From positions 1 through 64,000 of the forward strand of contig JBGARZ010000021.1 in NCBI GenBank assembly GCA_044229975.1: a stretch of DNA of 64,000 nucleotides. The letters are read 5' to 3'. This document shows positions 1 to 19,722 of the stretch, one piece after another. This DNA is from Polyangiales bacterium (GTDB lineage Bacteria; Myxococcota_A; Polyangia; Polyangiales; Ga0077539). The notes below the pieces were generated by a model. That model was given only the letters and a program-made list of their open reading frames with translations, had not been told where the DNA came from and did not search any database. A program made the position numbers and the translations under genes. The first letter of the stretch is position 1. Each line of letters starts with the position of its first letter.

Positions 1-147
1 GACGTCAAGATGGTCATGCCGGGCGACAACGTCGCCATGGACATCGAGCTCATCACCCCGGTGGCCCTCGAAGAGCAGATGCGCTTCGCCATCCGCGAGG
101 GCGGCAAGACCGTCGGCGCGGGCGTCGTCACCAAGATCACGGAGTAG
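1..147 (+). CDS. tuf: Elongation factor Tu, C-terminal end (partial, truncated by window start)
   Basis: Frame 1 reads [52 protein letters not shown], the canonical EF-Tu C-terminus. It lies upstream of rpmG-secE-nusG. Confidence 0.97.
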   Translation, partial: DVKMVMPGDNVAMDIELITPVALEEQMRFAIREGGKTVGAGVVTKITE

Positions 148-180
148 CGTTCGACCCGTTCGGACCTGACCAACCACTGA

Positions 181-206
181 GGACCTCGGGAACGCTCCCG
201 AGGTCC
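181..206 (+). terminator. GC-rich hairpin downstream of tuf (terminator or processing stem; no U-tract)
   Basis: Perfect 11-bp inverted repeat GGACCTCGGGA-ACGC-TCCCGAGGTCC. Confidence 0.45.
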
Positions 207-240
207 AACGCGGTTCAAGGGCCCCGGACAGAGACCTCAA

Positions 241-396
241 ATGGGAGCCCGAATCAAGATCGTCCTGGCCTGTGAGACATGCGCTCGGCGCAACTACAAG
301 ACCACCCGATCATCGACCCCGGGCACCAAGGGCCTTCGAATCAAGAAGTTCTGTGTCGGTTGCAACGCCCACACGATGCACGCGGAGAGTCACTGA
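241..396 (+). CDS. rpmG: 50S ribosomal protein L33 (Zn-ribbon, C+ form)
   Basis: Own translation (below the ORF-track cutoff): [51 protein letters not shown]. It has two CxxC pairs, RNY and KKFC motifs, and sits in the tuf-rpmG-trpT-secE position. Confidence 0.93.
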   Translation: MGARIKIVLACETCARRNYKTTRSSTPGTKGLRIKKFCVGCNAHTMHAESH

Positions 397-417
397 AAGA
401 GCAGAGTCGGAAGCGTT

Positions 418-490
418 AGGAGGCTAGCTCAGTTGGTAGAGCAGCGGATTCCAAATCCGCAGGTCGTGGGTTCGAGTCCCTCGCCTCCTG
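418..490 (+). tRNA. trpT: tRNA-Trp (CCA anticodon); 3' CCA not encoded
   Basis: Acceptor stem AGGAGGC/GCCTCCT, D arm GCTC-AGTTGGTA-GAGC, anticodon arm GCGGA-TTCCAAA-TCCGC, T loop TTCGAGT. The discriminator G is followed by CAA. Canonical position before secE. Confidence 0.96.
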
Positions 491-518
491 CAAGACGTCG
501 ACAGCGCGGAGCAACAGC

Positions 519-905
519 GTGAGCACCCAGCCAGAACGAATCGGCGGAAGCCTGCAGCTTGGAGTCCAGAAGTATCTCTACACGGGATACTTCCTGGCCG
601 GTTGCGTGATGGCGTTCCTTGTCAGTCACCTGACCGAGGCGGTGTGGGCCGGTCACGAAGACGTGTCCAACGGCATCGGCGTCGCGGTGGGCCTCGTCGG
701 GGTGATCGTTGCCTGGAAGAACATCAAGCTGCGCACGCTCGCGATGGAGACCATCGAAGAGCTGGCCGCGGTGACCTGGCCTTCCAAGGACGAGACCACG
801 ACGGCCACCATCGTGGTGATGATCACGGCCATCACGGCGGCCGTGGTGATCTTCGTGATGGACCGCTTCTGGAACTGGATCACCAACACCATCTACCTGA
901 GCTGA
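519..905 (+). CDS. secE: Preprotein translocase subunit SecE (3-TM type)
   Basis: ELAAVTWPSKDET motif followed by a TM helix, with two additional N-terminal TMs. GTG start; lies between trpT and nusG. Confidence 0.93.
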   Translation: MSTQPERIGGSLQLGVQKYLYTGYFLAGCVMAFLVSHLTEAVWAGHEDVSNGIGVAVGLVGVIVAWKNIKLRTLAMETIEELAAVTWPSKDETTTATIVVMITAITAAVVIFVMDRFWNWITNTIYLS

Positions 906-948
906 CCGCCCGCGGTCGCTACGGTCCTCGCGGCAGGAAACCCTCCCC

Positions 949-1482
949 ATGGCTATGAAGCACTACATCGTCCAGGCCTACTCGGGCTTCGAGAACAAGG
1001 TGAAGGCCTCGTTGCAGGAGCGCATCCGCAACAACGCGATGGACCAGTACTTCGGGGAGATCCTGGTCCCTTCGGAGAACGTCACCGCGACGCGCAACGG
1101 CAAGCAGCGCCTGGAGAGCCGGAAGTTCTACCCCGGCTACGTCTTCGTCCAGATGGAGATGAACGACACCACCTGGCACATGGTGAAGGACACCCCGAAG
1201 GTGACCGGCTTCCTGGGTGATCAAAACCCCACGCCGGTTCCGCAGAAGGAAGTCGACACCATCAAGAGGCAGATCGAGGGCACCGGCATTGCGCCGCGCC
1301 CGAAGATCAACTTCGAGGTGAACGATCAGGTGAAGGTCGTCGATGGGGCCTTTGCAAATTTCACGGGTGTGGTAGAGGACGTCCGCCCGGAGCGGCAGAA
1401 GATCAAGGTGCTCGTCACCATCTTCGGCCGTCCCACCGCGGTGGAGCTCGGGTACAACCAGGTCGAGAAGATCACGGCCTGA
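949..1482 (+). CDS. nusG: Transcription termination/antitermination factor NusG
   Basis: [29 protein letters not shown] and KOW motif [23 protein letters not shown]. Confidence 0.98.
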   Translation: MAMKHYIVQAYSGFENKVKASLQERIRNNAMDQYFGEILVPSENVTATRNGKQRLESRKFYPGYVFVQMEMNDTTWHMVKDTPKVTGFLGDQNPTPVPQKEVDTIKRQIEGTGIAPRPKINFEVNDQVKVVDGAFANFTGVVEDVRPERQKIKVLVTIFGRPTAVELGYNQVEKITA

Positions 1483-1563
1483 TCAAGCACGGCGAGACAC
1501 AGCACGCCGCCGCGCTCCCTCTGGAGTCGCGGATGATCGTGCGAGGCGCACCCGGGGCACGGT

Positions 1564-1594
1564 CCTCGGAGGCGCCGAGACCCCGCTGACGAGG
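1564..1594 (+). promoter_or_regulatory. Putative L1-binding translational operator overlapping the rplK ribosome-binding site
   Basis: CCTCG-GA-GG...CC-GCTGA-CGAGG forms an outer stem, an asymmetric GA/GCUGA internal loop and an inner stem, as in known L1 operators. The 3' arm contains the SD GAGG. Confidence 0.55.
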
Positions 1595-1599
1595 GAACA

Positions 1600-2025
1600 A
1601 TGGCGAAGAAGGTTGTCGGTATAGTCAAGATCCAGTGTCCGGGCGGCGAAGCCAAGCCTGGACCTCCGATCGGTCCCGTTCTCGGTCAGGCCGGCGTGAA
1701 CATCCCGATGTTCATCAAGGACTTCAACGCGAAGACCGCGGACAAGAAGGGCTACGTCATCCCGGTCATCATCACGGTGTACTCGGACAAGTCCTTCACC
1801 ATGGAGCTCAAGACGCCGCCGGCGTCGATTCTCCTGATGAAGGCCGTCGGCGCGGACAAGGGCTCGGCCCGTCCGAACAAGGAGAAGATCGGCAAGATCG
1901 CGCGCTCCAAGGTGGTCGAGATCGCGAAGCAGAAGCTCGCCGACCTCAACACCGACGACCTCGACGCGGCCATTCGCACGGTGAGCGGCACCGCTCGCTC
2001 GATGGGCCTCGACATCGTCGACTGA
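1600..2025 (+). CDS. rplK: 50S ribosomal protein L11
   Basis: [49 protein letters not shown]. Confidence 0.98.
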   Translation: MAKKVVGIVKIQCPGGEAKPGPPIGPVLGQAGVNIPMFIKDFNAKTADKKGYVIPVIITVYSDKSFTMELKTPPASILLMKAVGADKGSARPNKEKIGKIARSKVVEIAKQKLADLNTDDLDAAIRTVSGTARSMGLDIVD

Positions 2026-2207
2026 GCGTCGCGGGGCAGTCTCTCCCCGTCGACACACATAGGCTTTCGGGCCTTTTGAGCAGCGCCCACGCCCGATCCC
2101 GGAAGACACCGCGAGGTGTCCGAGGGTGAGAGGGTGGGCACAGGCCCTGGATGACCACCGCGGCTCGAAGCGGTGGGAGGTGCGAAGCACCGAAGAGGAG
2201 GTCAGGA

Positions 2208-2918
2208 ATGGCGAAGGTTCCCAAGCGACGTCAGGCTTCAGACAAGAAGCACGACGTCACCAAGCGCTACACGCTGGATGAGGCAGCAGCGCTTGTGAAG
2301 GAATGCGCCACGGCGAAGTTCGACGAGACGGTCGAACTCGCCGTGCGGCTTGGGGTCAACCCCAAGCACGCGGATCAGATGGTCCGCGGGGCGCTCGTGT
2401 TGCCGCACGGCACCGGTCAGACGGTGCGCGTGTTGGTGTTCGCGAAGGGCGACAAGGGTCGTGAGGCCACCGAGGCGGGAGCTGACTACGTCGGCGCCGA
2501 TGACCTCGTGGCGAAGGTTGCCGATGGCACCTTCCTCGACTTCGAGCGCGTCATCGCGACCCCCGACATGATGGGTCAGGTCGGCCGCCTCGGTAAGGTG
2601 CTTGGTCCTCGCGGACTCATGCCCAACCCGAAGGTCGGTACGGTGACCTTCGACGTGAGCAACGCGGTGCGCGAGGCCAAGGGCGGCAAGATCGAGTACC
2701 GAACCGAGAAGTCCGGCATCGTCCAGGCTCGCATCGGCAAGGCGTCGTTCTCGCCTGAGAACATCCGCGAAAACGCGAAGGCGCTGGTCACGGCGCTCAT
2801 CCGGTCGCGGCCGTCGACGGCGAAGGGCACGTACCTCCGCTCGATCACCCTGACGTCCACGATGGGACCTGGCGTGCGAATCGACCCGAATGCCTTCATC
2901 GAGAAGGCGGAGGACTGA
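2208..2918 (+). CDS. rplA: 50S ribosomal protein L1
   Basis: [48 protein letters not shown]. Start placed at ATG 2208 after GAGGAGG. Confidence 0.98.
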   Translation: MAKVPKRRQASDKKHDVTKRYTLDEAAALVKECATAKFDETVELAVRLGVNPKHADQMVRGALVLPHGTGQTVRVLVFAKGDKGREATEAGADYVGADDLVAKVADGTFLDFERVIATPDMMGQVGRLGKVLGPRGLMPNPKVGTVTFDVSNAVREAKGGKIEYRTEKSGIVQARIGKASFSPENIRENAKALVTALIRSRPSTAKGTYLRSITLTSTMGPGVRIDPNAFIEKAED

Positions 2919-2921
2919 GCG

Positions 2922-3503
2922 ATGAACAAGGACCAGAAGAACGCTGAGATCGGCAAGGTCCGCGAGCGCTTCGAGCAGTCCATCGCCGCGGTGCTGGTGG
3001 ACTTCAAGGGCCTCAAGGTGGGCTCGGCCACCAAGCTCCGTCGGGAGTTCAAGAAGGCCAACGTGGAGTATCGGGTGGTGAAGAACTCACTCATCCGCCA
3101 CGCCCTGAAGGACTCGGCGTACAAGTCCGTCGTCGGCTCGCTCGAGCGCGACACGCTCCGCACCCAGCACAAGAGCCTCACCGGGATGACCGGCGTGGCC
3201 TGGTGCAAGGAAGACCCCTCGGCGGCCGCCAAGGTCATCGAGGCCTTCAAGAAGGACGCGGGGCCGCAGGGCGACAAGCTGGTCGTGAAGGCCGGCCTCC
3301 TGGGCAACCAGGTGAAGGAGCGTGAGTGGGTCGAGAAGGAGATGTCGAAGCTGCCGGGTCTCAAGGAGACGCAGTCGATGATCCTCGCGACCCTCCAGGC
3401 TCCCGCGCAGGGCGTCGTTGGCATCATCAACGCCCCGGCCCAGCAGCTCGTCTACGTCCTCAAGGCGTGGGCGGACAAGCTCGCGGAACAGGCGGGCGGT
3501 TGA
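2922..3503 (+). CDS. rplJ: 50S ribosomal protein L10
   Basis: [30 protein letters not shown]; position between rplA and rplL. Confidence 0.95.
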   Translation: MNKDQKNAEIGKVRERFEQSIAAVLVDFKGLKVGSATKLRREFKKANVEYRVVKNSLIRHALKDSAYKSVVGSLERDTLRTQHKSLTGMTGVAWCKEDPSAAAKVIEAFKKDAGPQGDKLVVKAGLLGNQVKEREWVEKEMSKLPGLKETQSMILATLQAPAQGVVGIINAPAQQLVYVLKAWADKLAEQAGG

Positions 3504-3571
3504 ACCGCTCACACCAGCATCAAGCATCACCAACAACGATCATCGATCGAAACGTTTGAAAGGAAAGCATC

Positions 3572-3952
3572 ATGGAAATCCAGTCCCTCGTTGACAACAT
3601 CGGCAAGCTCACCCTCGTCGAAGCCGCTGAGCTCGTGAAGGCCCTCGAAGACAAGCTCGGCGTCAAGGCCGCTGCCCCCGTGGCGGCCCCGTCGGGCCCC
3701 GCCCCGGTGGCGGCGGCGGCGGCGGCCGAGCCCACGGAGTTCTCCGTGGAGCTCACCGCGGCGGGCGCGAACAAGATCAACGTGATCAAGGTCGTGCGCG
3801 AGATCACCGGCCTCGGCCTCGGCGAGGCGAAGGCGCTCGTCGAAGGCGCCCCGAAGCTCGTCAAGGAGAGCGTCGACAAGGCGACCTCCGAGGACCTCAA
3901 GAAGAAGCTCACCGAGGCGGGCGCCACCGTCACGGTCAAGGGCATCGCCTGA
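3572..3952 (+). CDS. rplL: 50S ribosomal protein L7/L12
   Basis: [19 protein letters not shown], Ala-rich hinge, [28 protein letters not shown]. Confidence 0.98.
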   Translation: MEIQSLVDNIGKLTLVEAAELVKALEDKLGVKAAAPVAAPSGPAPVAAAAAAEPTEFSVELTAAGANKINVIKVVREITGLGLGEAKALVEGAPKLVKESVDKATSEDLKKKLTEAGATVTVKGIA

Positions 3953-4004
3953 GACACGCCGAGCAGTGACATCGGCTCCTTCGGGAGTCGTTGGTGCTGA
4001 CGCT

Positions 4005-4060
4005 CCGACCCCCGCATCGTCTCCCTCACGGAGCCGATGACGGGGGTCGACGCGTTTTGT
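4005..4060 (+). terminator. Intrinsic terminator/attenuator-like stem between rplL and rpoB
   Basis: CGACCCCCG-CATCG..CTCC..GGAG..CGATG-A-CGGGGGTCG followed by ACGCGTTTTGT. An attenuator is known at the equivalent site in E. coli. Confidence 0.55.
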
Positions 4061-4421
4061 GGGGGAGGGGTCCTTGCGGCTCAGCGGGTTCCGTGCCATG
4101 AGCCCAGGCCCAGCGTCGTCGAGGCCCCACCACGGGCACAAGCGACCACACGATCGCGACCAGTCTGCGGGAGGTCGCGATCGTTCATGCAGCGCCAGCA
4201 ACGACTTCTGGAAAGGCCAGTAACGCTCGACGGCAGACCTCGAACGAAGCACCACCCTCCCTCCCCGCCACAGGCCGAGAGCCCGTCCGCCGTCCCGAGT
4301 CATACTACTCCGGCGGGGCGCTCGATCCGGGTCGCGGGGCAACACGGGGGAGGATCACGGCGCGGCGGCAGAGGCTGACGGCGGACGGAGCAGCGGCTCT
4401 CCAGGGCTCAGAGGAGAAGAG

Positions 4422-8612
<4,191 letters not shown>

Positions 8613-8855
8613 TCGCGGGGCGCCCGCTCACCGTTTCAACACACTTTTCATAGGTCGATCACCGCAGGACGAAGCCGAAACAGAGACCCACCCAACGCGT
8701 CGAAGAGCAGCGCGGGGCGCCTGAAGCAAAGGGCGCCTCGCGAGCCGTTCCCTCCGAAGCCTCGCGCACCACGCGCGGGGGGAACGGCCGATGGTGGTGC
8801 GCCGCGCTCGGGAGGGTCTCTCAGGCAACGTCAGGGTTCCGAAGGAGGAAGCAAC

Positions 8856-13472
<4,617 letters not shown>

Positions 13473-13490
13473 CCTCACCTCCGCAAGCGA

Positions 13491-13522
13491 CCCGCGCCCC
13501 GGTCCATGACCGGGCGCGCGGG
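13491..13522 (+). terminator. GC-rich hairpin after the rpoC stop
   Basis: Imperfect inverted repeat CCCGCGCCCCGGTC-CAT-GACCGGGCGCGCGGG; no U-tract. Confidence 0.4.
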
Positions 13523-13576
13523 CGATCGATTCCCCCGCTCGACGCTCTCGCCGGGTTCGGGGTACCACCCTCCTCC

Positions 13577-16039
13577 ATGAAGCTCCGATCGCTCACCGGG
13601 CTCCCGCTCGGGCTGATCTTTCTTGGCGTCGGCTGCGCCGATCCGATCAACACCAACCCGCTGCGCATCGACGCCTCCACCGACGGTGGCGCGACGGTCG
13701 ATCTCGGCGGCACCGACGTCCCGAGCGTGGACGGAGCGGTCGCCCCTGATGGCGGTGGCGGGCCCGAGGTCGGGGTCGACGTGCCCGTCGGGTCAGACGT
13801 GCAGCCGGTCGACGGCGGCGTCGTGGTGGTGGATGCGAGCGTCGCCTGTACGAGCAACGCCGCCTGCACGGCGTCGGGGCAGCTCTGCGACACGACGCGC
13901 GGGTTGTGCGTGCAGTGCCTGAGCGGTGCCCAATGTCCTGGGATGGGTCAGGTCTGCCTCGACCATCGGTGCGTCGCGGGTACGGCCTGTACGAGCTCGC
14001 GCATGTGCATGGGCCTGGTCTGCGAGACCGCCCGCGGCGTGTGCGTGGAGTGCCTCGCCGACGTCGACTGCACCGGCGGTGCGGTGTGTCGCGGCAACAG
14101 CTGTGTGGCGCCGCCGCGGATGTGCCGCTCGTCACGCGAGTGCACTGACCAGGTGTGCGACACGACGCGCAGCGCGTGCGTCGACTGCCTCACGGACGTG
14201 GACTGCCTGACGGGGCAGTTCTGCGGCGCGGACAACCTGTGCCGGGTGCAGATGTGTGTTCCCAACGCGACGAGCTGCGTGGACGTGATGCGCGTGCGGG
14301 TCTGCGACGCGCGCGGCACGGGGACGACCGACCGGGCGTGCGGCGCGACCGAGGTGTGCGCGATGAACCGCTGCCAGGCGCGGGTGTGCATGCCCGGCGA
14401 GCGGAGCTGCGGATCGGCCACGGAGACGCGGCTGTGCAACCCCGACGGGCTCGGCTACACGAGCACCGCGTGCACGGGGGCGCTCACGTGCTCCGGGGGC
14501 GTGTGCACCGACTGCGTCGACGGCGACGCCGACGGCATCTCGGACATCATCGAGGGTGCGCCCTCGCGCGACACCGATCGTGACGGCACGCCCGACTACC
14601 GCGACCTCGACTCGGACGGCGACGGCTTCAGCGATCGCGTGGAGGGGTCGCGCGCCTACCCGGGCTTCACGGGTGGACTGCCCGCGCTGGTGTGCGCGGG
14701 GGCGCCCGACAACTGCGACGCGGCGATGGACGGTCAGCCCAACTACCTCGACGCCGACTCGGACAACGACGGCGTGTCGGATGCCGACGAGCGCACGCGC
14801 AACACGAACCCCTGCGCGCGGGACACGGACGGCGACGGCGCGACGGACCTCGTGGAGCAGATCGCCGGCACCAACCCCACGGTGGCTGCGTCGGCGTTGC
14901 CTGCCACGTCACGCGCGGTCGACGTCACGTACGGCGCGACCGCTCCGGTCAACGTCGAGTTCTCGTTTACGCAGCGCGTGCGGCCCGCCGACGTGATGCT
15001 CGTGGTCAACAGCACCGGCTCGCTCAGCAGCATCTTCTCGACGATGCGTATCGCGATCGCCTCGGTGATCGACGGCGTGCAGGCCGACCTCGGGGGCACG
15101 TCGGCCGACGTCCGCTTCGGTCTCGCCGACTATCGCGACTTCGGTGAGGGCGCGTCGGGCGACTCTCGGCCGTATGCCTTCAACGTTCGTCAGCGTCTCG
15201 ACCGCGACCGCTCGCTCGCCCGCAACTCGTTGTCGTCTCTCGCCGCCGAGGCAGGCGGTGATGGCTCCGAGTCGGAGGTTCCGTCGCTCTTCGGGTTGCT
15301 CAACGGCCTGGCGTTTTCGTCGTACGGGTCGCCCTTCAATCGCTCCGCCACGGCGGCCGATTGCGGCGGCGACGCGACCGCCTTCGGCTGGAGCTGCTTC
15401 CTCCCGGGCCGCACGCCCATCCTGGTCATCTACTCCGACGGGGCCTGGCACAACGGGCCAGGATCGACCTCCAACTTCTACACGGCGACGCCCTCCGCGC
15501 CGCTGTACGGCCAGCTCGTGGCCGAGATGACCCGCCGCAACGCGCGCTTCATCGCCGTCGACGTGGGTACCTCGCGCGAGCACGCCACCGCCAGCACCAG
15601 CCTCGCCGCCGCCACCGGCAACGTGCCGTCGAGCGGTTCGCCCTTCGTGTTCGTCGGCACCGCGTCGGCAACCCAATCGCAGGTGGTCGCGGCGGTGAGC
15701 ACCATCGTCGGCCAGGGCCGGACGCCGGTGTCCACGGCGGTCGTCGCCGACACCACGGAGACGCGGCTTCCGAGCGGGCGACGGACCAGTGAGTTCGTCC
15801 GCACGGTCAACGCGGTGCGGGGCGTTCCTGACGCGCCGACGGGGTACGACCGTCGCGATGGCGGCACCTTCGTGGGCGTGGCGGTCGGCACGGCCGTGAC
15901 CTTCAACGCCGTGCTCGCCAACGACCTGGTCATGCCGGGCACGTCGGATCAGGTCTTCACCGTCTACGTCAACGTCACCAACAGCGCGCTCACGGTCGAG
16001 CAGCGCACGTTCTACGTCGTGGTGCCGGCGCAGCGGTAG
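13577..16039 (+). CDS. Surface lipoprotein with Cys-rich repeats, TSP3-like DxDxDG Ca-binding repeats and a C-terminal VWA-like domain
   Basis: Lipobox LGVGC, D/G/V-rich linker, repeated CVxCLxDxDC, several DGDADG/DTDRDG/DSDGDG motifs, then DVMLVVNSTGS..FGLADYRDF..GGDGSES..ILVIYSDG. Confidence 0.75.
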   Translation: MKLRSLTGLPLGLIFLGVGCADPINTNPLRIDASTDGGATVDLGGTDVPSVDGAVAPDGGGGPEVGVDVPVGSDVQPVDGGVVVVDASVACTSNAACTASGQLCDTTRGLCVQCLSGAQCPGMGQVCLDHRCVAGTACTSSRMCMGLVCETARGVCVECLADVDCTGGAVCRGNSCVAPPRMCRSSRECTDQVCDTTRSACVDCLTDVDCLTGQFCGADNLCRVQMCVPNATSCVDVMRVRVCDARGTGTTDRACGATEVCAMNRCQARVCMPGERSCGSATETRLCNPDGLGYTSTACTGALTCSGGVCTDCVDGDADGISDIIEGAPSRDTDRDGTPDYRDLDSDGDGFSDRVEGSRAYPGFTGGLPALVCAGAPDNCDAAMDGQPNYLDADSDNDGVSDADERTRNTNPCARDTDGDGATDLVEQIAGTNPTVAASALPATSRAVDVTYGATAPVNVEFSFTQRVRPADVMLVVNSTGSLSSIFSTMRIAIASVIDGVQADLGGTSADVRFGLADYRDFGEGASGDSRPYAFNVRQRLDRDRSLARNSLSSLAAEAGGDGSESEVPSLFGLLNGLAFSSYGSPFNRSATAADCGGDATAFGWSCFLPGRTPILVIYSDGAWHNGPGSTSNFYTATPSAPLYGQLVAEMTRRNARFIAVDVGTSREHATASTSLAAATGNVPSSGSPFVFVGTASATQSQVVAAVSTIVGQGRTPVSTAVVADTTETRLPSGRRTSEFVRTVNAVRGVPDAPTGYDRRDGGTFVGVAVGTAVTFNAVLANDLVMPGTSDQVFTVYVNVTNSALTVEQRTFYVVVPAQR

Positions 16040-16112
16040 GCGAGGGGATCGGGGAGGGGGGAGGCGGCGGCCCGGCCACGAGAGCGGGGCCGCCGATGAT
16101 CGGGGCGGTGGG

Positions 16113-18008
<1,896 letters not shown>

Positions 18009-18065
18009 GACGAGTGTCCCTTCCTTCCGTTTGCTGCGTCGTTCGCAGCCTTTGGAGCGGCGGCG

Positions 18066-18093
18066 AAACTAGCCATCAACGGAGCACGGTCAA
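18066..18093 (-). promoter_or_regulatory. Putative sigma70-type promoter upstream of dnaK
   Basis: Minus strand TTGACC-16 nt-TAGTTT. Confidence 0.4.
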
Positions 18094-18113
18094 GCACCAT
18101 GCCAGAGGTCTTT

Positions 18114-19085
18114 TCAGGGTTTCTCGTCGCGGGCTCTTCGTGTATGCCGCCGCAGCGCGAGGAGCCCGCCCGCCGCGGGGACAAGCAGTCCGAGCGAGAA
18201 GCTCGTGAGGGACGCGGCGACGGCGTTGGAGGCCGCGACGCCCGCCTGCGCGTAGACCATCGAGAACACTGCCTCGCGCTGGCCGACGCCCGCGGGCGTG
18301 AGCGGAACGAAGGTGAAGAGAATCACCACGGGTGTGACCGCGACGAGCGTGCGGAGGTCGGAGCCCGGGGAGAGAGCGCGCGTGACGACCGCGAAGGCGA
18401 GGCAGGTGGCGGCTTGTGTTCCGAGCGAGATGAGGAGCGCGTGGACGAGGTCGCGCGCGCTGGTGGGCGGCGTGAGGGAGCCGAGGCGGGCACCGAGGAG
18501 GGGCAGGCGCGCGAGGCGCGATGCGAGGGCAGCGGAGCGCGTCGCGGCGAGGGAGATCGCGAGCAGGCCGACGGCGCCAAGGAGACAGAGGGCCGTGACC
18601 GCGAGGTGCCAGCGTGGCGCGGAGGGGCTCACCGCGAGCGCGATGAGGCCGACGACGAAGAGCCCGAGCAGGCCCGCGAGGCGCTCGAACCACAGGGCCG
18701 CGAGCGCGTTGCCGAGGCCGCCGACGGTGTGACGGATGGCGTCGCTGCGGGCGAGGTCGCCGACGACACCGCCGGGGAGGAGGTTCCAGAAGGTAGCCTC
18801 CAGCACGAGGGCGGTGCTGGCGGCGAAGGTTGGCGGGGTGGCTCCCCAGGCCCGCAAGAGGCGACGCCAGCGCTCGATGAAGAACACCATCGCGAGGCAT
18901 GTCCATCCACTGGCCGTGACGAGCGTGACGAGCGGGAGCGCGCGGAGGTGCGCGGCGACGTGCGAGAGGTCGACGCGTCGCGCGAGCCAGGCGACGGGCA
19001 CCGCGATCAGCGCGAGGCGCAGCGCAGGCACCCACCGACGGGGAGGCGTGTCTATGAGGTGCTCCGCGCGCCGCAGCTCGCGCAC
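18114..19085 (-). CDS. Lysylphosphatidylglycerol synthase TM-domain / flippase-like membrane protein (start uncertain)
   Basis: Multi-TM protein with ERWRRLL, FWNLLPGGVVGDLAR, WFERLAG and VPLTPAGVGQRE motifs. The N-terminal 240 aa of the track ORF overlap another gene; in-frame GTG at 19085. Confidence 0.8.
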   Translation of the reverse strand: MRELRRAEHLIDTPPRRWVPALRLALIAVPVAWLARRVDLSHVAAHLRALPLVTLVTASGWTCLAMVFFIERWRRLLRAWGATPPTFAASTALVLEATFWNLLPGGVVGDLARSDAIRHTVGGLGNALAALWFERLAGLLGLFVVGLIALAVSPSAPRWHLAVTALCLLGAVGLLAISLAATRSAALASRLARLPLLGARLGSLTPPTSARDLVHALLISLGTQAATCLAFAVVTRALSPGSDLRTLVAVTPVVILFTFVPLTPAGVGQREAVFSMVYAQAGVAASNAVAASLTSFSLGLLVPAAGGLLALRRHTRRARDEKP

Positions 19086-19588
19086 AGGACCTCGTAGGCG
19101 GGCATCGGGTTGCGGCAGAACTCGCAGAGCTTCTGACCCGGGAGCGTGCGCGCGTTGAGCATGGAGAGGAGGGGACCCTGGGCGTCGGACGAGCCCGGCG
19201 GGAAGGCCACCGTGACCCCGGCGAGCGAGCCGCGGGGCAGGCCCATGAGCGCCTGGAGGAGCCCAGCGATCTGCTCGCCGTTGGTGTAGTCGATGGGGTT
19301 GTTCATCGGGGTGTTGAGCGCGAGGCGCAGGGCGATGATGACGCCGTCGTCGTAGACATCGACGGGCAGCTTCACGGCCGTCACGGGCATCTGCGGCGCG
19401 GCCCAGACGTACGCGTGCGTGGCGACCCCGACGCCGCGCGCGATGACCCGACATGCCTCGCGGGCCTGGTCTTCGGGCGCGAGCTGCGTGCGCAGAACAC
19501 CCTCCACCGACGCCTTCATCGCCGGACCGAAGTCGGGGTTGAAGCGAAGGACCACGTCCACCACCCGCGCGGGCTGCCAGTTGCTCAT
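19052..19588 (-). CDS. Hypothetical protein with C-terminal zinc ribbon
   Basis: Normal codon and amino-acid composition; ends CEFC-x10-CASC. Confidence 0.7.
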   Translation of the reverse strand: MSNWQPARVVDVVLRFNPDFGPAMKASVEGVLRTQLAPEDQAREACRVIARGVGVATHAYVWAAPQMPVTAVKLPVDVYDDGVIIALRLALNTPMNNPIDYTNGEQIAGLLQALMGLPRGSLAGVTVAFPPGSSDAQGPLLSMLNARTLPGQKLCEFCRNPMPAYEVLCASCGARSTS

Positions 19589-19722
19589 GACGGGGATGTT
19601 CTACCAGCGCCGCGGACAGAACACAGCGCCTTCGCGGGTGCTCATGGGCCGCGGTGGGCTTATGCTCCGCCGCCAAAGACACGACGGGCCGCTGACCCGT
19701 CGGACGAAGGGAGCGACTGCCC

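Noticed and set aside
2173..2200. Second L1-binding site upstream of rplA (GGGAGGTGC-GAA-GCACC)
   Set aside because: The inner hairpin is present but the outer helix cannot form; kept only as part of the structured-spacer finding.
4037..4378. 113-aa ORF in the rplL-rpoB spacer
   Set aside because: Arg/Pro/Ser-rich with atypical codon usage; the region is better explained as structured RNA.
13473..13576. Absence of rpsL-rpsG-fusA after rpoC
   Set aside because: Separation of the rpoBC and str clusters is common in bacteria and not notable.
16044..16070. G-run tract (GGGGATCGGGGAGGGGGGAGG) as a possible G-quadruplex between convergent genes
   Set aside because: Short, and plausible by chance in this GC-rich DNA; no supporting context.
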